From Marsupella aquatica (Eukaryota; Plantae; Marchantiophyta): a DNA stretch of 64,000 nucleotides. Location of the stretch: assembly GCA_973895155.1 (NCBI GenBank), contig OZ316892.1:8970283-9034282 (forward strand), in the 5' to 3' direction. This document shows positions 1 through 12,196 of the stretch, in pieces; the stretch's first letter is position 1, and each line of letters opens with the position of its first letter. A program made the translations under genes and the position numbers. The notes under the pieces were generated by a model that made no database searches, was not told where the DNA came from, and was given only the letters and a program-made list of their open reading frames with translations.

Positions 1-329
1 ATTCAGGAGAGCAAGTGTGGGATGAAGAGATTATATTTAGATCCGAATCACCTCCTAAATGTATAGTCTAACCAATTCGTATCTACTATACATTGCGCAT
101 CGATAATAAAACGTCTATTGTTTACGGATTCGGGCTCACTTTATACACATTGTACAGATCATGTTTCGCCTTTATATACATTGTACAGACCACCGGGCAA
201 CGTGTTACAAGCTGCTTGCGGCATATGCGGTGGTTACAAGGCAGTCACACATCTTGAATCAAGTCCCTCTATTTGATGGGTCAGCATTTACCGTATGACA
301 TTATTTGCAAACTTTCACTGTGGTAATGT

Positions 330-650
330 GAACTCTCCCCAGTGATGTAGCTGTGAACAAGAGCTGTTTTAGCCAGTCTGTGTTGAGAATGCTTGCCTAA
401 TTTATATGAGCTGGCAGGACATAGAAAGATTCCCAGGATAGGATTGAAAGTATGACCGTTCCATCCATATAATATTGAGAACTTCATGGAACAGAAGGCT
501 AAAAAGTATTTCCTGCGGTGGCTGAGGCTGGCTCGCCTTTACGTGATGGAGCAAGCAGTCCTGGCGACTGGCATCCCTTACACTGGACAAGAGGAATAAG
601 AGCCGCCGGAAGGAAATTCATTGGGTGAAGAGTTCCTTGATTCCAGTGAA
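330..650 (-). mobile_element. Possible decayed L1 ORF2 C-terminal fragment
   Basis: LFSLLFHEVLNIIWMERSYFQ resembles the W.IW.ERN..F motif at the end of plant L1 ORF2. Confidence 0.4.
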
Positions 651-2411
651 CAGGACGAGAATTCATTAAATTTGACAGCTAAAACTTGGACGTCAGAAGT
701 AATATACTGTACAGAGAGCGAGGCGGGTCTTCAGAACTGGATTCTGTCATGGGTCAATGGAATGGCGTGCATATCACAAGTAATGCATCAAGATCTCATA
801 TAGATGAGTTAAATACGAGATCGCAAAAAATAGAGGACGACATTCTGGTGGTACAACAGCAACTGCAGGGTCGTTCCTTTTTGTCAGAGTGCCTGGTTTG
901 GAGATTAGTGGCCACTTGTTTGGTATCAGGTGCTTTGTTTGGGACGTATGTACTGGATGTTAGCAGGTGACGACGTGAAGGAATCTAATCCCCGCAGGAG
1001 GACCAGGAATATATAAAGTGATAGTACCGTGCCAGACAACAGGCACTAGACTTTGCGTGATCAACACTCCAGTACTTATTTTATGTCGTGGAAACTAGAG
1101 GTACTGGTGGTAGGCTCGTTTCACTTTCTGCCTTCTTGTCAGTGTTAGCAGGGAAGTTTTGGGAACGACGTTCCCTTCTGTATGCCCTGATTTTATTATA
1201 ATTCACTAAGGACTTTTACTGTTGTCCTTCCCATGTGTGACACTGACGGGTCTCCTCAAAAAGCTCTTGCGCAGTCCACTACCTTACTTTGGCAAACGAC
1301 ATCTGGACTCGACTTATACAATCTCAGTGGAGGATTTTGGAAGACTGGTGAAGGTTCGCAACTGGAAAGGTTCGCAAAGGAGACAGTGCTAACTTGCCTG
1401 AAAGGAAGAGAGCCAATTGTCTACATGCTATCTTCTCTTAAGACGGTGATTCTCTCGATGCATTTGGTGACCAGGCCGCCTCACTGCAACTCCAACCTCT
1501 CATTAGCTGTTTGTTGATATTCCCTTTGCTGTCATCAGGGTTGGGCTGAAGTCTCCGCATTCACATCTACAGCTACAAGCACTAACTAAGACCCTCCTCC
1601 CACAAGTGAGGGGATCCGAATGGAAAAAGCAAGAGCAAGTCGATTGCTTGGAGATATTTCTTTTGTAGATCTGTAAGATGCACCTGTTGATTGAGACTGG
1701 GACACAGGGCGACTGGTGCAACACTCTCGGCACGCTGCGAGAAGGTAAACGTAATTGGTACTGTACATTTGCACTCACGTGGCCCGTAACTCAGTTCTTG
1801 GCGGGAGGACACATTGCATCACCTCTAATAGTTGTGCTCAGACAGCATAAGTAATACACGCTCGTCAAAACACAACAACCAGATATGATGCAACATGAAT
1901 GACACCTTGTTGAAAATATCCTGCCAGCGTTCCTTACACCTAATCACCAAACACGAGTACGATATACACTTGCAATCGATTGAGTGATATCGACTATCAC
2001 TGCACTACAATATCCAACAGTTCTAATGCCATCACCCCTTGCTCCGATCTAACATAGCCAACGCTTCATCGCCAATATACCCAATCAATTGCGCATTTCA
2101 TACTTTAACTCCCGTGAAAGCTAAATTGTCATATTGGACTGCCTGCAAACTTGTTGCTACTCTGATTGCCTCGAAACTTAAAATTAAACCTTTCCAGAGA
2201 GTTTCTCAGAGGGTACCAAAGTTCCTCGCGATCTCACGAAAGCGACCGAGGACTATAATAAAAGCCAATCAAACACATATAGAATGTCTTTTCTGAGACC
2301 CATGACATTGGCCAAACACACATATATATGCACACCTGATGATATGTACAATATTACAAGGTAACCGTAACCTTTCCCATCGTAAAAAAGAGAATCGAGA
2401 CTGCATTCTCA

Positions 2412-5400
2412 TTATACTTTAGGCAAATTGTAGTGCTTTTTGAGAAACTTAGAGGCTTCTCTGTCCAGCCGATGGCAGAGAACACGGAGAAGTGTATCAG
2501 CATCGGTGGCAATTCGAGGTCCCATCCTCTGTACACTACTAGTGCCCGCAACCATTTGATCACTTGCTCGTTTGAAGCTATCAATCACTATACTCGTCTC
2601 GAGAGTATACAAATTTAAAATTTGCTGAACAGGGGCAGCAGCGCTATTCACGACACTCCTGGGAAGTCCATCTCCATCGGCGATAAAAAATTCTTTCAGG
2701 AGGGTAAGGTCCTCCTCCAACATGTCACTATCACTTTGGGCAAATGCACGAGTTGGCCCCCCATCCAACAGCACTCGAAGCAGACCTTCAAGTGCAGCCT
2801 GAAGCAATCCGAGAACTACTCGATCCCGTAAGGGGTCTTCTATCATTTCACACAGCTGACCGAGGACTGGATCCAGAACAGCGGTCACTTTGTCCATGCG
2901 AGCCTGTGCAACACTAATTTTGTACAAACCCCCGATGATCGGCTCTCTTGCGTCCCAAAATATGAGTTTGGTACCAGTAAAATCGCAGATCTTGTCGATT
3001 GCCATACTGCATGCCTTTCTTGTGGGGTCAAATACAACTGACAACTCATCTCCTGATTTTGCACTTGAAGATCCGCGCCTTGGTTTCATCTCCTCACCGT
3101 TGCTATGGAAGGAATCCTCCCTGGGCCTTTTCTTAAGCCAACGCTCTTTGATGCTATTTTCCAACGAGTCCACTTGGGCTTCTATGTAATGGAGAGTGTT
3201 CAGACGAACACAAAGCGCTACGGTGGTATAGCTGTTGATTTCTCGTGTCCGACTCTCATCAGGTAATCTAGGGTCTACCACTTTCTTTTTAGACGTAGCT
3301 TTCACGGCCATGTCTCGCTTATAACGAGTTAACGTGGGTGGCGGAGAGATGAGGTCAGTTTTGTCACCCAAGTCTGTCAAGAGCTTGTTCACGTAAATTA
3401 GAAATGCACTGTTAAAGCCCATTGTCAAAGTTTTCAACACTGGAAGTCGCATGGGCAGCCTGAGATCAAAGAATTGGTCAGTAGTCTCATCAACTATTCG
3501 GAAAACCTCGACAATAGAACCTGCGTACCGTTTCGATGACGAAACCGGCTCCCATTTCTCTTGCTGTATGGTCCGATTCACCCACTCAGACACCCTCGAG
3601 AGCTGACTATTCACCCACCGCTTAACAAGCGCCTCAGCCTGCACCTCGACATGATAAAGCTCGAGCTCGTTCATGTAACTATTTGTCTTGCCATCATCCG
3701 TGACCGTGGCCACAAGCTCGAGAAGATAACTTTCCAGATTATCAGCTGCAGGCAGGACGGATACAACATCATCTGAAAACTGTGATATTGCATCCTGAAA
3801 TGGTTTCAGCTCCTGGCCGAAGAGACGGTGCAAGAGAGCGGCAGCGATGGCAATGGCATCGGGATGCCAAGCAGATAAAATGGGAGCATAAGTGTAAGCC
3901 TCTTTCTTGGCTAGGTTCTCCACACTCTCCGCCAGAATTGTCAAAGGGTGGTCCGGATTCTCCTCCTGAGCATCAACATTCGAATCCAACTTCTCTACTA
4001 TCCTTTCGTAAGCCAAAGTCAGTGAAGACTGGATGTAGTTCTTTGCAAGTGCCGCTGTGTCTGTAGGGTAGCTCATGCTCATCCTCCCCTGTGATTTATT
4101 CGCAATTAGACTCACCGAGACCATCGCTAAGGTGAGAATAAATTCCATTGATTTTGCACTGTCGGCGAAATTGGAATGGTAATCTCCAAGCCGTTTTTCC
4201 GCCCATTGCTTGATGGGCCCGAGAAATGACTGGAGGTAGGATAGCTCCTCGGGGCCGTCAGTGCCGTCGACCCTGCACCGTAAGCTCTTCAAATAGTCCC
4301 GTTCCTGGCTACTGCACTGCGCATCCGACCCGATTCTCTTCACCTGGAGAGCTGCATGCCTTAACAGAGCCTCTTCACCAGTCATAACAAACTGCCTGAA
4401 CAGCACCCATGCGTAAACCGTGTTGTGCACAATTGGGGTGATTCCCAACACCCTCCATGTCGATTTCAGCAGCTCTAAAATCTCCTCCACCTCCTCCACA
4501 AGACGGCCCTCCTCCAACACGTCAAAGACACTCCCCAGCAGCTTCTCGTAGATCCTCACGTTCAATTGGTACCCATCAGCCCAATGGCAAATCTCTCCCG
4601 GTTGGTCCACCTTGCCGGGTCTCTCACTCAATGCGAGAGACACCATTCTCATTCCCCGCAGTGCTTGAGTTTCCTGTGCCGGCCCTGCAGGTGGTGGGAG
4701 TCCCTCTGCTTCCTCCAACTTGCCGATTAAGGACCTCAACTCTACTATTCTGGGATCCGATGTATCTAACCTCACAGCTGGGTGATTCAGAAGTCCTTCC
4801 TCGAGAACGCTCAGCTGCCGTTTCTGCCACCGTTGATGAGATCTCGTGTCAGCGAAGTTCGATCTCGAAACAGTGCAGAGGAGCTCTAGAGGGACGAGGA
4901 GGGTATCCATCCGTTTCCCAACTCTAACTTGGGATGCACTAAGGAGTCCTTGCCTAGTACGCCAGTCGTCCGCTTCGGAAATCTCCATCTGGGTTCTCAT
5001 CGTTTCCATCAAACCGGCGAGACCAGTCGCTGGAGGTGGCGGAGGTTTAACCTTCTCCACCTTACTCCTCGAGAATCTCTTGGCCAACTTCGATTTCTTA
5101 TCCTTTGTTTCCTTCGGCGGGACAATGAGGCCCCCGGCAGCCCCCACTGCAACGAGCAGGACTTCATATGCAGTCTCTCTAAGGTCGTCATCCGACAGCC
5201 CTGTTGCGAATGGGGGTAACCCCACCACAACTTCATTCGTACTCGACAACTGCCGTCTGGTGATCTCGGTGGAAAACTCATCCTCCTCCTCTGCATCGTC
5301 GAAATCGTCAGTCTCATCGACAGACGATTGCCGAGATGGAACCACTGGAGTAACGGAGCGCAAGCTGAACTTCTTGGCTGCGCCAGGAGAATGTGAACCA

Positions 5401-5768
5401 CCAAGAGCAGAAGAAGCAGCCCCTACAGAAGGAGGAGCACGGGTCGGAGCAGGTCCGGAGTAAGAAGGATGCGTGACAAGAAAAAAGACCTCATCTAATC
5501 CTGAGCCAGTTACCGGAGGGAGTGCCAGATCACTATGGTACTTCTTGATTGCCTCCGCGAGCTCCAAAACTCCTCCTTTGTGTGCACAGTCGAGAATGTA
5601 GTCTACGCTGACGTGATCCAAGTCGATATCCTCAAATGCGACGGCTCCAGGCGGCATCACAACCTTCTTGAACGCGCTCGTCGACGAGAGTAGGAATCCC
5701 AGCAGCTCCCGCCGATCGGCGCGGTAGCGCTGCAACAATTCCACATCCGAGATGCCTTCTGTCGCCAT
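2412..5768 (-). CDS. PATROL1: PATROL1-like / Munc13-like (DUF810, MUN-type) protein, 1118 aa, uninterrupted CDS
   Basis: Single 3357-nt ORF. It carries family-typical motifs: LLQRYRADRRELLGFLL, KKVVMPPGAV..DIDLD.VSVDY, LSDDDLRETAYE, MRTQMEISEA.D.RTRQGL, CHWADGY.LNVR.YEKLL, VLLDGGP.RAF and the C-terminal DTLLRVLCHR.D.EASKFLKK.Y. Confidence 0.92.
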   Translation of the reverse strand: MATEGISDVELLQRYRADRRELLGFLLSSTSAFKKVVMPPGAVAFEDIDLDHVSVDYILDCAHKGGVLELAEAIKKYHSDLALPPVTGSGLDEVFFLVTHPSYSGPAPTRAPPSVGAASSALGGSHSPGAAKKFSLRSVTPVVPSRQSSVDETDDFDDAEEEDEFSTEITRRQLSSTNEVVVGLPPFATGLSDDDLRETAYEVLLVAVGAAGGLIVPPKETKDKKSKLAKRFSRSKVEKVKPPPPPATGLAGLMETMRTQMEISEADDWRTRQGLLSASQVRVGKRMDTLLVPLELLCTVSRSNFADTRSHQRWQKRQLSVLEEGLLNHPAVRLDTSDPRIVELRSLIGKLEEAEGLPPPAGPAQETQALRGMRMVSLALSERPGKVDQPGEICHWADGYQLNVRIYEKLLGSVFDVLEEGRLVEEVEEILELLKSTWRVLGITPIVHNTVYAWVLFRQFVMTGEEALLRHAALQVKRIGSDAQCSSQERDYLKSLRCRVDGTDGPEELSYLQSFLGPIKQWAEKRLGDYHSNFADSAKSMEFILTLAMVSVSLIANKSQGRMSMSYPTDTAALAKNYIQSSLTLAYERIVEKLDSNVDAQEENPDHPLTILAESVENLAKKEAYTYAPILSAWHPDAIAIAAALLHRLFGQELKPFQDAISQFSDDVVSVLPAADNLESYLLELVATVTDDGKTNSYMNELELYHVEVQAEALVKRWVNSQLSRVSEWVNRTIQQEKWEPVSSSKRYAGSIVEVFRIVDETTDQFFDLRLPMRLPVLKTLTMGFNSAFLIYVNKLLTDLGDKTDLISPPPTLTRYKRDMAVKATSKKKVVDPRLPDESRTREINSYTTVALCVRLNTLHYIEAQVDSLENSIKERWLKKRPREDSFHSNGEEMKPRRGSSSAKSGDELSVVFDPTRKACSMAIDKICDFTGTKLIFWDAREPIIGGLYKISVAQARMDKVTAVLDPVLGQLCEMIEDPLRDRVVLGLLQAALEGLLRVLLDGGPTRAFAQSDSDMLEEDLTLLKEFFIADGDGLPRSVVNSAAAPVQQILNLYTLETSIVIDSFKRASDQMVAGTSSVQRMGPRIATDADTLLRVLCHRLDREASKFLKKHYNLPKV

Positions 5769-7120
5769 TTTGAGCCTTTCCAGCTATGACTCCTTCTCCT
5801 CCTCGTGGAAATGCAATATCCTCAAAAAGTGAAAATCATCTCCGTCGCTCATCCAGGATTTTCGGCATCGCCCCACTCGGTCGGGGTTTAGGTTCCATGA
5901 TTTCCTTCATTCTACAAGCTTAGCACATGTTTTCATTCACAATACCGAAGGACAGGGAGGAAAGAATGATCAGGAGAGTCTCGAGGTGGTAGCATTGCTG
6001 CTGCTCTTCCTCCGCTTCAACCTCCTCAAGCGTTCCTGGACTACTCTAATCCAGTGGTGTCCCTCCGCACAGCCCTACTGATCATTCCTTAAAAGCAATT
6101 GTCCTCACTTTTCTGACACGAAGTCAGACTCGCAGACAGTAGTGGAATCGTAGATCGAATTTGTTACCTCTCACTTTCGCAGATTACGACTCGAGAAGAG
6201 CCTCTCCGAGAGCTGATGAGAATTACCTTCCGGGGCACGACCTACGCATTGAGTCCCTTCATGTGAGAGTACAAAGCTCAAGCCTCAAATTAGGTCCAAA
6301 CTTCGCTCCTCTTAATTCAGAGAGCTGGTCTCTCGCTGCTACAACACAACACCACGGAAATCCCGGCGGATCGAGAAGTCTGCGGAGGAAATAGTGCCGG
6401 CCTACCTACCGATCCCTTCTTGTGCAGGCCGCCAGTCCTCCCTGGCCAGAAAAGTGTAGTGACCACTAACTGCATCGACACCACCACCGCGCCTAGAAAT
6501 TATAAAAATGCAAACACCCAGAGAGCTTCGAGATCGGCTCATCGATTCCATCAAACCAAGAGTACACAACACGATCGCCCCCTTCTCCTCCTTTCTCTCG
6601 TCAAGACGGACAAGAGTCTCTCTCCTCTACCAGATGCTCGCCGAGCAAACCCGAGGAGACTAAAGAAAAGGTCCGCAATTCGAACAATCAAATCACATCA
6701 TCGCCCTCCCTTGATACCTATTTCCGCCTCTCGAACTCCGCCGCATTCAAGAAAAAGGAGAGTTCCGACGAGAGGACAACGGAAATTCAGGACTCGGGCT
6801 CGCATTCCATTAGCCGCCACAGCCGAAGCTGCTGCACAATCAGCGACACCTCCGAACGAGAAGGGAAGCACGCCAAGAGAGCACGAGCGCCGCCTCCAAG
6901 AGCAGAGGAAGAAGACATCCGATCGGAAGCAATTCTCGCCCGCCATGCTCTACACTACTCTGACATAAATTTGAAGGACGATGTCCGGGTGAGAAACGGG
7001 AAGAATTGAACCTGACATCGTGACGGCTGGCAGAGCAGAATGATGCTTCCCCTCTTCTAATCTTTGAACAGAGTAACATCATGGAGCGAGGCTTCGAAAC
7101 AAACTGAACAGAAGAGAAGA

Positions 7121-7233
7121 GAACAGAATGGAGTTGCGATGCGCAAACAAAGAACAGAACGGAGTTGCGATGCGCAAACAAAGAACAGAGAGAAGAGAAC
7201 AGAACGGAGTTGAGATGTGCAAACAAAGAACAG
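7121..7233. repeat. Three ~31-bp repeats at the 5' end of the PATROL1-like gene
   Basis: gaacagaa(c/t)ggagttg(c/a)gatg(c/t)gcaaacaaa x3. Confidence 0.85.
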
Positions 7234-8321
7234 AGAAAGACGAAGAAAAACAGAGGAGAATGAGACAAAACAGGAAGTGAAGGAGAGGAGAACAGAAGAG
7301 AGACACGACATTGTGACAAGAGCTCTGCATCGACGGTGATGGTGGGCCGACGGGGAAGTCAATTCATTTATTTAAATAAATTGGCATTAAAAAAATCATT
7401 TATTTAAATGCATTGTCGTTAAATAAAATATGATACTCCCATGGATCACAATGTTGGGCTTCTAAAATCCATGGACCACACTTGAAAAAAATTATATTTG
7501 AATTTAAATATATTTGAATTTAATTATAATAACTTGATGTTCATAAACTTCAATATCTTTTAGTTTTGAGTATCTTCTAAGGAATACTGTAGGTAAGTTA
7601 CACTTTTATCAAACTACAGTGAATTTTTGGCAGATTTGGTTGAATTACTCATTATGGAATGTGGAGGAGTGAATTCTAGTAGATCAATTTTCATTGTATT
7701 AACGTGAAATATTGCAGCTTGTGTTTGTTGTGTCTCCTCCTTCTCTAGTTGCCTTGCAGGTGAAAGTTTTTAAATTACCTTAAGACCCATAATCATCAAA
7801 TTATAAACCTAAAAATTCCATAGACCACCAAAATGTGATCCCCCAACATCAGTGTGTCCAACTTGGAGGTCCATTCTAGCTTCACATAGTGTCACAATTT
7901 TTAGTGTATTTATAATTATGTTATGGTTTAGGTCTATGGTGACCCTGGTTATGTGGGTGAGCTTATCATCCATATTGTAAATTAGTACATCTTTGGTACC
8001 AAAATAATTTTTAATTTAAATTGCCTTGCAGTGGATGCTTTAGAAACTTAAACTCAGATGGACCTAGACATTTTTTGTCAAGCCCTTGGGTGAACCCAGG
8101 ATGGATTGACAAAGCTCAGATGGACTTTCTTAGAGCACCAAGATAGACTGGGATAGCACTTTCTACACTTCCTACTAAGAGGGTGACTTGCAAACGGCCT
8201 CCTGATCAGTTGCAGGCTCTTTCAGTAAGTTTGCCCAAGTGTTTTTGCAGCATCAGCCACTGGTGCTGGAAATCCATAGCTATGACCAGAGCAGGACCAG
8301 AGCAGCTACCTGCTTAGCAGT

Positions 8322-8608
8322 CTCGGGGGGTTGACTATAAAAAATCTTAGGAACCACGTGCGATCCAAAATAGGTATTTTTCATAAAAATTAGTTAAATT
8401 TTTAAAAAACGTAGGAAGCAAAAGAAGGTATTATAAACCAATATTTATAGAATATTCTCTAATATATACCTTTTATAAAGCAAAATAGATCATTAATATT
8501 GAAAGTAGAGAATGTTTTTAGAATATTTCCATTATAAAATAGGTGTATTTATATTAGACTAAGATTGCACGTGGTACCCCAAAATATACACTAAGTTAAC
8601 CCCTCGAG
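8322..8608. mobile_element. MITE (~287 bp) with imperfect TIRs and an 8-bp TSD (TSD length is hAT-like)
   Basis: TSD TTAGCAGT at 8314-8321 and 8609-8616. Left end ctcggggggttgact...ggaaccacgtgcgatc matches the reverse complement of the right end, ctcgaggggttaact...ggtaccacgtgcaatc. Interior is AT-rich. Confidence 0.85.
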
Positions 8609-9149
8609 TTAGCAGTTATAGAGGCAAAGAACCTGAATCCAACTCTAGTGAGCTCAGTGCAATGTTATCTCAATTGCTGGTTATCTTGCATAGAAAATGA
8701 TGGAGTTCTTTGCCTTGATATGACCGCCTAAGCCCAATTGAACTTGAGCCAAATGGATCAGTGAGTTGGAAAGTGTGATATATATATATATATAGTCAGT
8801 CCATGGCTCCCATACCTTGGATTCTAATTTGCCAATTTAAGAAAACTGCCAAGTTGTTAGCCATCCCTAGAATGTCTCCACCTGAACAACTTTGCAGCAT
8901 CCATCTCATTCAAGTGAGGATAAGATCAGTGCAATTATTGGACACGGTTCTCTATTCATCTAAAGTTCGAAAATAACCCAAAAGTTGAGTTGTTTAATTG
9001 CTCTACAATTGTCCTCCTATAATGAGTTGGCTGTGAGTTTTGACTTAAGCTTAAAGTCCTAATGCCATAATGCACCTACTAAAGAAAACATGAGTCTGCC
9101 ATGGAACCTGGGTCCTACCACGCAGACTGGGAGTATCAGACTCCCACCT

Positions 9150-9440
9150 CCAATTGTCTCTTCATAAAGCCCAAATGACACAAAGAAAACAATATTAAGG
9201 TAGTTTGTGTGGGCTATTTGATGCTGTACTGGTACTTTGGGTGGGCTCATTCCAGTATGGTGTATACCAATCCTCTATGGCAAAGCAGTTTGCCAAAAGA
9301 AGGGCCCTTCCCTCTGTTATGCGGAATTATATTCAACCAATGCTCTCAGCTTCCTAGCTCTAGGCTAAAACTGTGTATCCACATTGCCAGGGGCAAACTC
9401 TTCAACTATCTACAAGCTGGTCAATCCTCAAAAGTTTAAT
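9150..9440 (-). mobile_element. Decayed L1-type ORF2 fragment
   Basis: A minus frame reads ..EGRALLLANCFAIEDWY.., resembling the LS..GR..L.N......WY block downstream of plant L1 RT. The region has stops and frameshifts. Confidence 0.4.
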
Positions 9441-10489
9441 CTAAGGTTTGATTTCACGAGGAATTTGATCAAGACAACTTTCATTTTTGCAAGCTCATTG
9501 TGCCTCTCAACGCCCCTTGGTGAAACTAGGAGGATGAGAAATGCTCATAGCATTGAACCCTTTTAGCTTCTAGAGATTCATCGCCAAGGATCCTTGCTTT
9601 CCTCTCCCTTGGCGTCGCCACTAATTCTTCATGGTGGTCACCAAGCTCACCAAGGAAGCTCCTCATCATGCTCAGTTTGATTATTATTCAGACATATACA
9701 TCAAAACACAACCCAGAAGCAACATAATTTGTTTTGCCTGATTCACACAACTTCATATTGATGAGAGCACATTTATGTAGCGGGAATGGACTTCTTAGTT
9801 ATAAGAGGAGCCCATCTGATGCAGGGGGAACAAAAGACCTACCCCAGGGTACCTAGCTCTGAGCCTTTGCATCCTAATGCATAGTTTGAACTTTAGAAAA
9901 TCAAAAAGGAACTTTGAAAAGACTCATTCAGGTCAGCAAAAACTTTCACTAAATCTTGGTTCAACTTTGATCAAATGAAAATTTTGAAAACCCAATCTTT
10001 TTCCTGGTGCATAGTTTAGACACAGACATGTACATACGACTTGTCTCTAGTCAAGGAAGTTTACCAATAGGTTTAATGTTAATGAAAGCTATTCAACCCT
10101 CAGATTGTTCACACTAGGTTCTCCAAATGGAAGCGTTGTTGCTTAGCTAGTTGCGCTTGCTCTACAGTTCATGCTCCATTTTCTGTTGTCTGTTGCACTG
10201 TTCCAATGCTCAGTCATGCAGCTGGACTTTGTGTCCTTCCAACTCCATTGTAAAATCAATGACCAGTCCACTATCTCTGAAGAGTGGAGAGCACAGAATA
10301 CTTCAAAACCAAGGATGGGAACTGCAATTCTTTTGATTCTTTTGTTTTCAAGTTTTAATTCTTCACTTGCATTCAGGGGGTTAACTTCCTTGTGAGGAAG
10401 ACATAAGCTCTAATTGGATGTCTTCATGTTTAATCATTTCCATAACCTCCAAGTATCTCCATAACCTCCAAGTAGATAAAACACAACAA

Positions 10490-11346
10490 AAAGCGCCATA
10501 CCTGGACAGCACTGGACAGATGATCCCAATGGCAAGAAGCCCAACAAAGGTTGGAAAAGAAAGGAAAAGCCCAGAAACACCTAGTAGCCAAAAACAAGTC
10601 AGGAGACTGAGAGTTCCCAAATTACGAACTAGAGCTCTATTGAACGACAAACTGAAAAGCCTGGTAGAGCTCTGGAATGAACTACAGGAAGGTTCCAAAG
10701 TGGAATCTGACTAGAGGCCCTTAAACCAACTGCCTCCAAGCAAAGCATTTGTTGATACTATAGGATACAGTGAGGTTTTTGTTTTTTATTATTTTGTTCC
10801 AGTCAAGTCATAAGCCCATATGGAATCTCCATACAACCTTTGAACTAGGATGGGATCCCAAATTGTTCTTGGTAATGAAAGGTCATTTTTTTCATATTCT
10901 AAAACCGTTAATGTTATTATAGTCCAAAGAACAGGGAGTTCCAAACTGGGAGACAGACGGGATCCCAAAGATAGGGGACCCAATAAAGGGGAGAAGACCA
11001 AGGAAAGATCTCAAGAACACCAAAGAGCCAAATAAGCTCAAGAGTCCCCAACAACAGCAAACTAATAAAACTGAGTAGAAAAGTGAACCCCTAGTGGGCA
11101 GCAAACTGAAATGCCTGGTAAAACTCGGAGCAAAATGCATAGCTCATCCAAAACTTCCTCAAGATCTTGCACCCTCTCCGGGACCACTCGACACACAACG
11201 TTGGCAAGGGTCTTGAGCCTGCCAGCTTCCCTCCCAAGATGCCTGCATGCCTCAAGAGCCTGGCTGAGAATTTGCTCAACCGGTGGAAATGAAGCTAATC
11301 CCTCCTTTACACTGAGTTTTCTAGACCTGAACCTTCCAACCCCACA
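10490..11346 (-). mobile_element. Degenerate LINE (L1-like) 3' ends; two copies of a dispersed repeat family
   Basis: The shared motif (ggagaca..atcccaaag...caataaaggggagaa.accaag...gcctggtagagc) occurs at ~10490-10710 and ~10930-11130. Minus-strand 11346-11110 reads like a decayed ORF2 C-terminus (..SFPPVEQILSQALEACRHLG..). The LINE assignment is an inference. Confidence 0.5.
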
Positions 11347-12196
11347 ACCTTAGGGTTTGTAGAGGATGCATCCCTTATACCACTGATGCTGCTGGACTTC
11401 TGATCTCTAACCACAGCCAAGGTTACAAGTTACAGCTTTGTCTGGAAATATTTTAGTGTGGCCTGAAACTGATTTCTAGTGTGGACCAAAAAACTTATTC
11501 CGGGAAGGTTGGGACTGTTTTTCATTGGACCATGATTGCTACTTACAGTAACGCAAGGATGATCAGAGTTGCCCATGCATTATTGTGCAAAAAGTTAATT
11601 ATTTTCAATATAGCAAAATGCAGTACATAATTTTGCTAGATTTATTTTTCTTTCTAGAACATATACAAACACTGATCAATCATTATTTTACATCAACATC
11701 TTCTCCTATTCCTAAAATTATTGTTCCAAGTTTTGCGCACAAGACTTCTCCCTAAAAGGACTTTCATATGTGTTGGTGCTAGTTTTGAAATGAAAAATTA
11801 TCAATTTGGTTGCCAAAAAGGTTTTCATACAAAAAATTCTTTCTTGCTACTCTTGTAATGTCATGCCACTGTTTGTCTAGAAAGAGTCACCTTTCATGCC
11901 TGGTTAAGCAATTTTGCCAATAGGTTCTTTTTCTCTTTGAAATCAGATAGGTTCCTTCTTGAAAACTGTTTGTGAAAATTGCCCTAAACAGTCACTACTT
12001 GGGGATAGTTCCATTACCTTACACAGGTATTCAAATGTTCAATCATTGTTTATATTTCCATGAACTGATGGTCACCAGGGTAAAGAAAAAATATTTGGAC
12101 TGGGTAAATATTCCTTAGACTAACCAAACCCAGGAACCATTGGAGATACTGAGATGGTCTAACAATGAAGCTTTGCGACTCCCTAACATATATATA

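Noticed and set aside
4457-5463. Plus-strand ORFs of 156 and 205 aa overlapping PATROL1
   Set aside because: Antisense shadows of a long GC-rich CDS, with no independent motifs.
6420-7362. ORFs of 80-180 aa upstream of PATROL1
   Set aside because: They arise from repeats and a pyrimidine-rich leader; composition is not protein-like.
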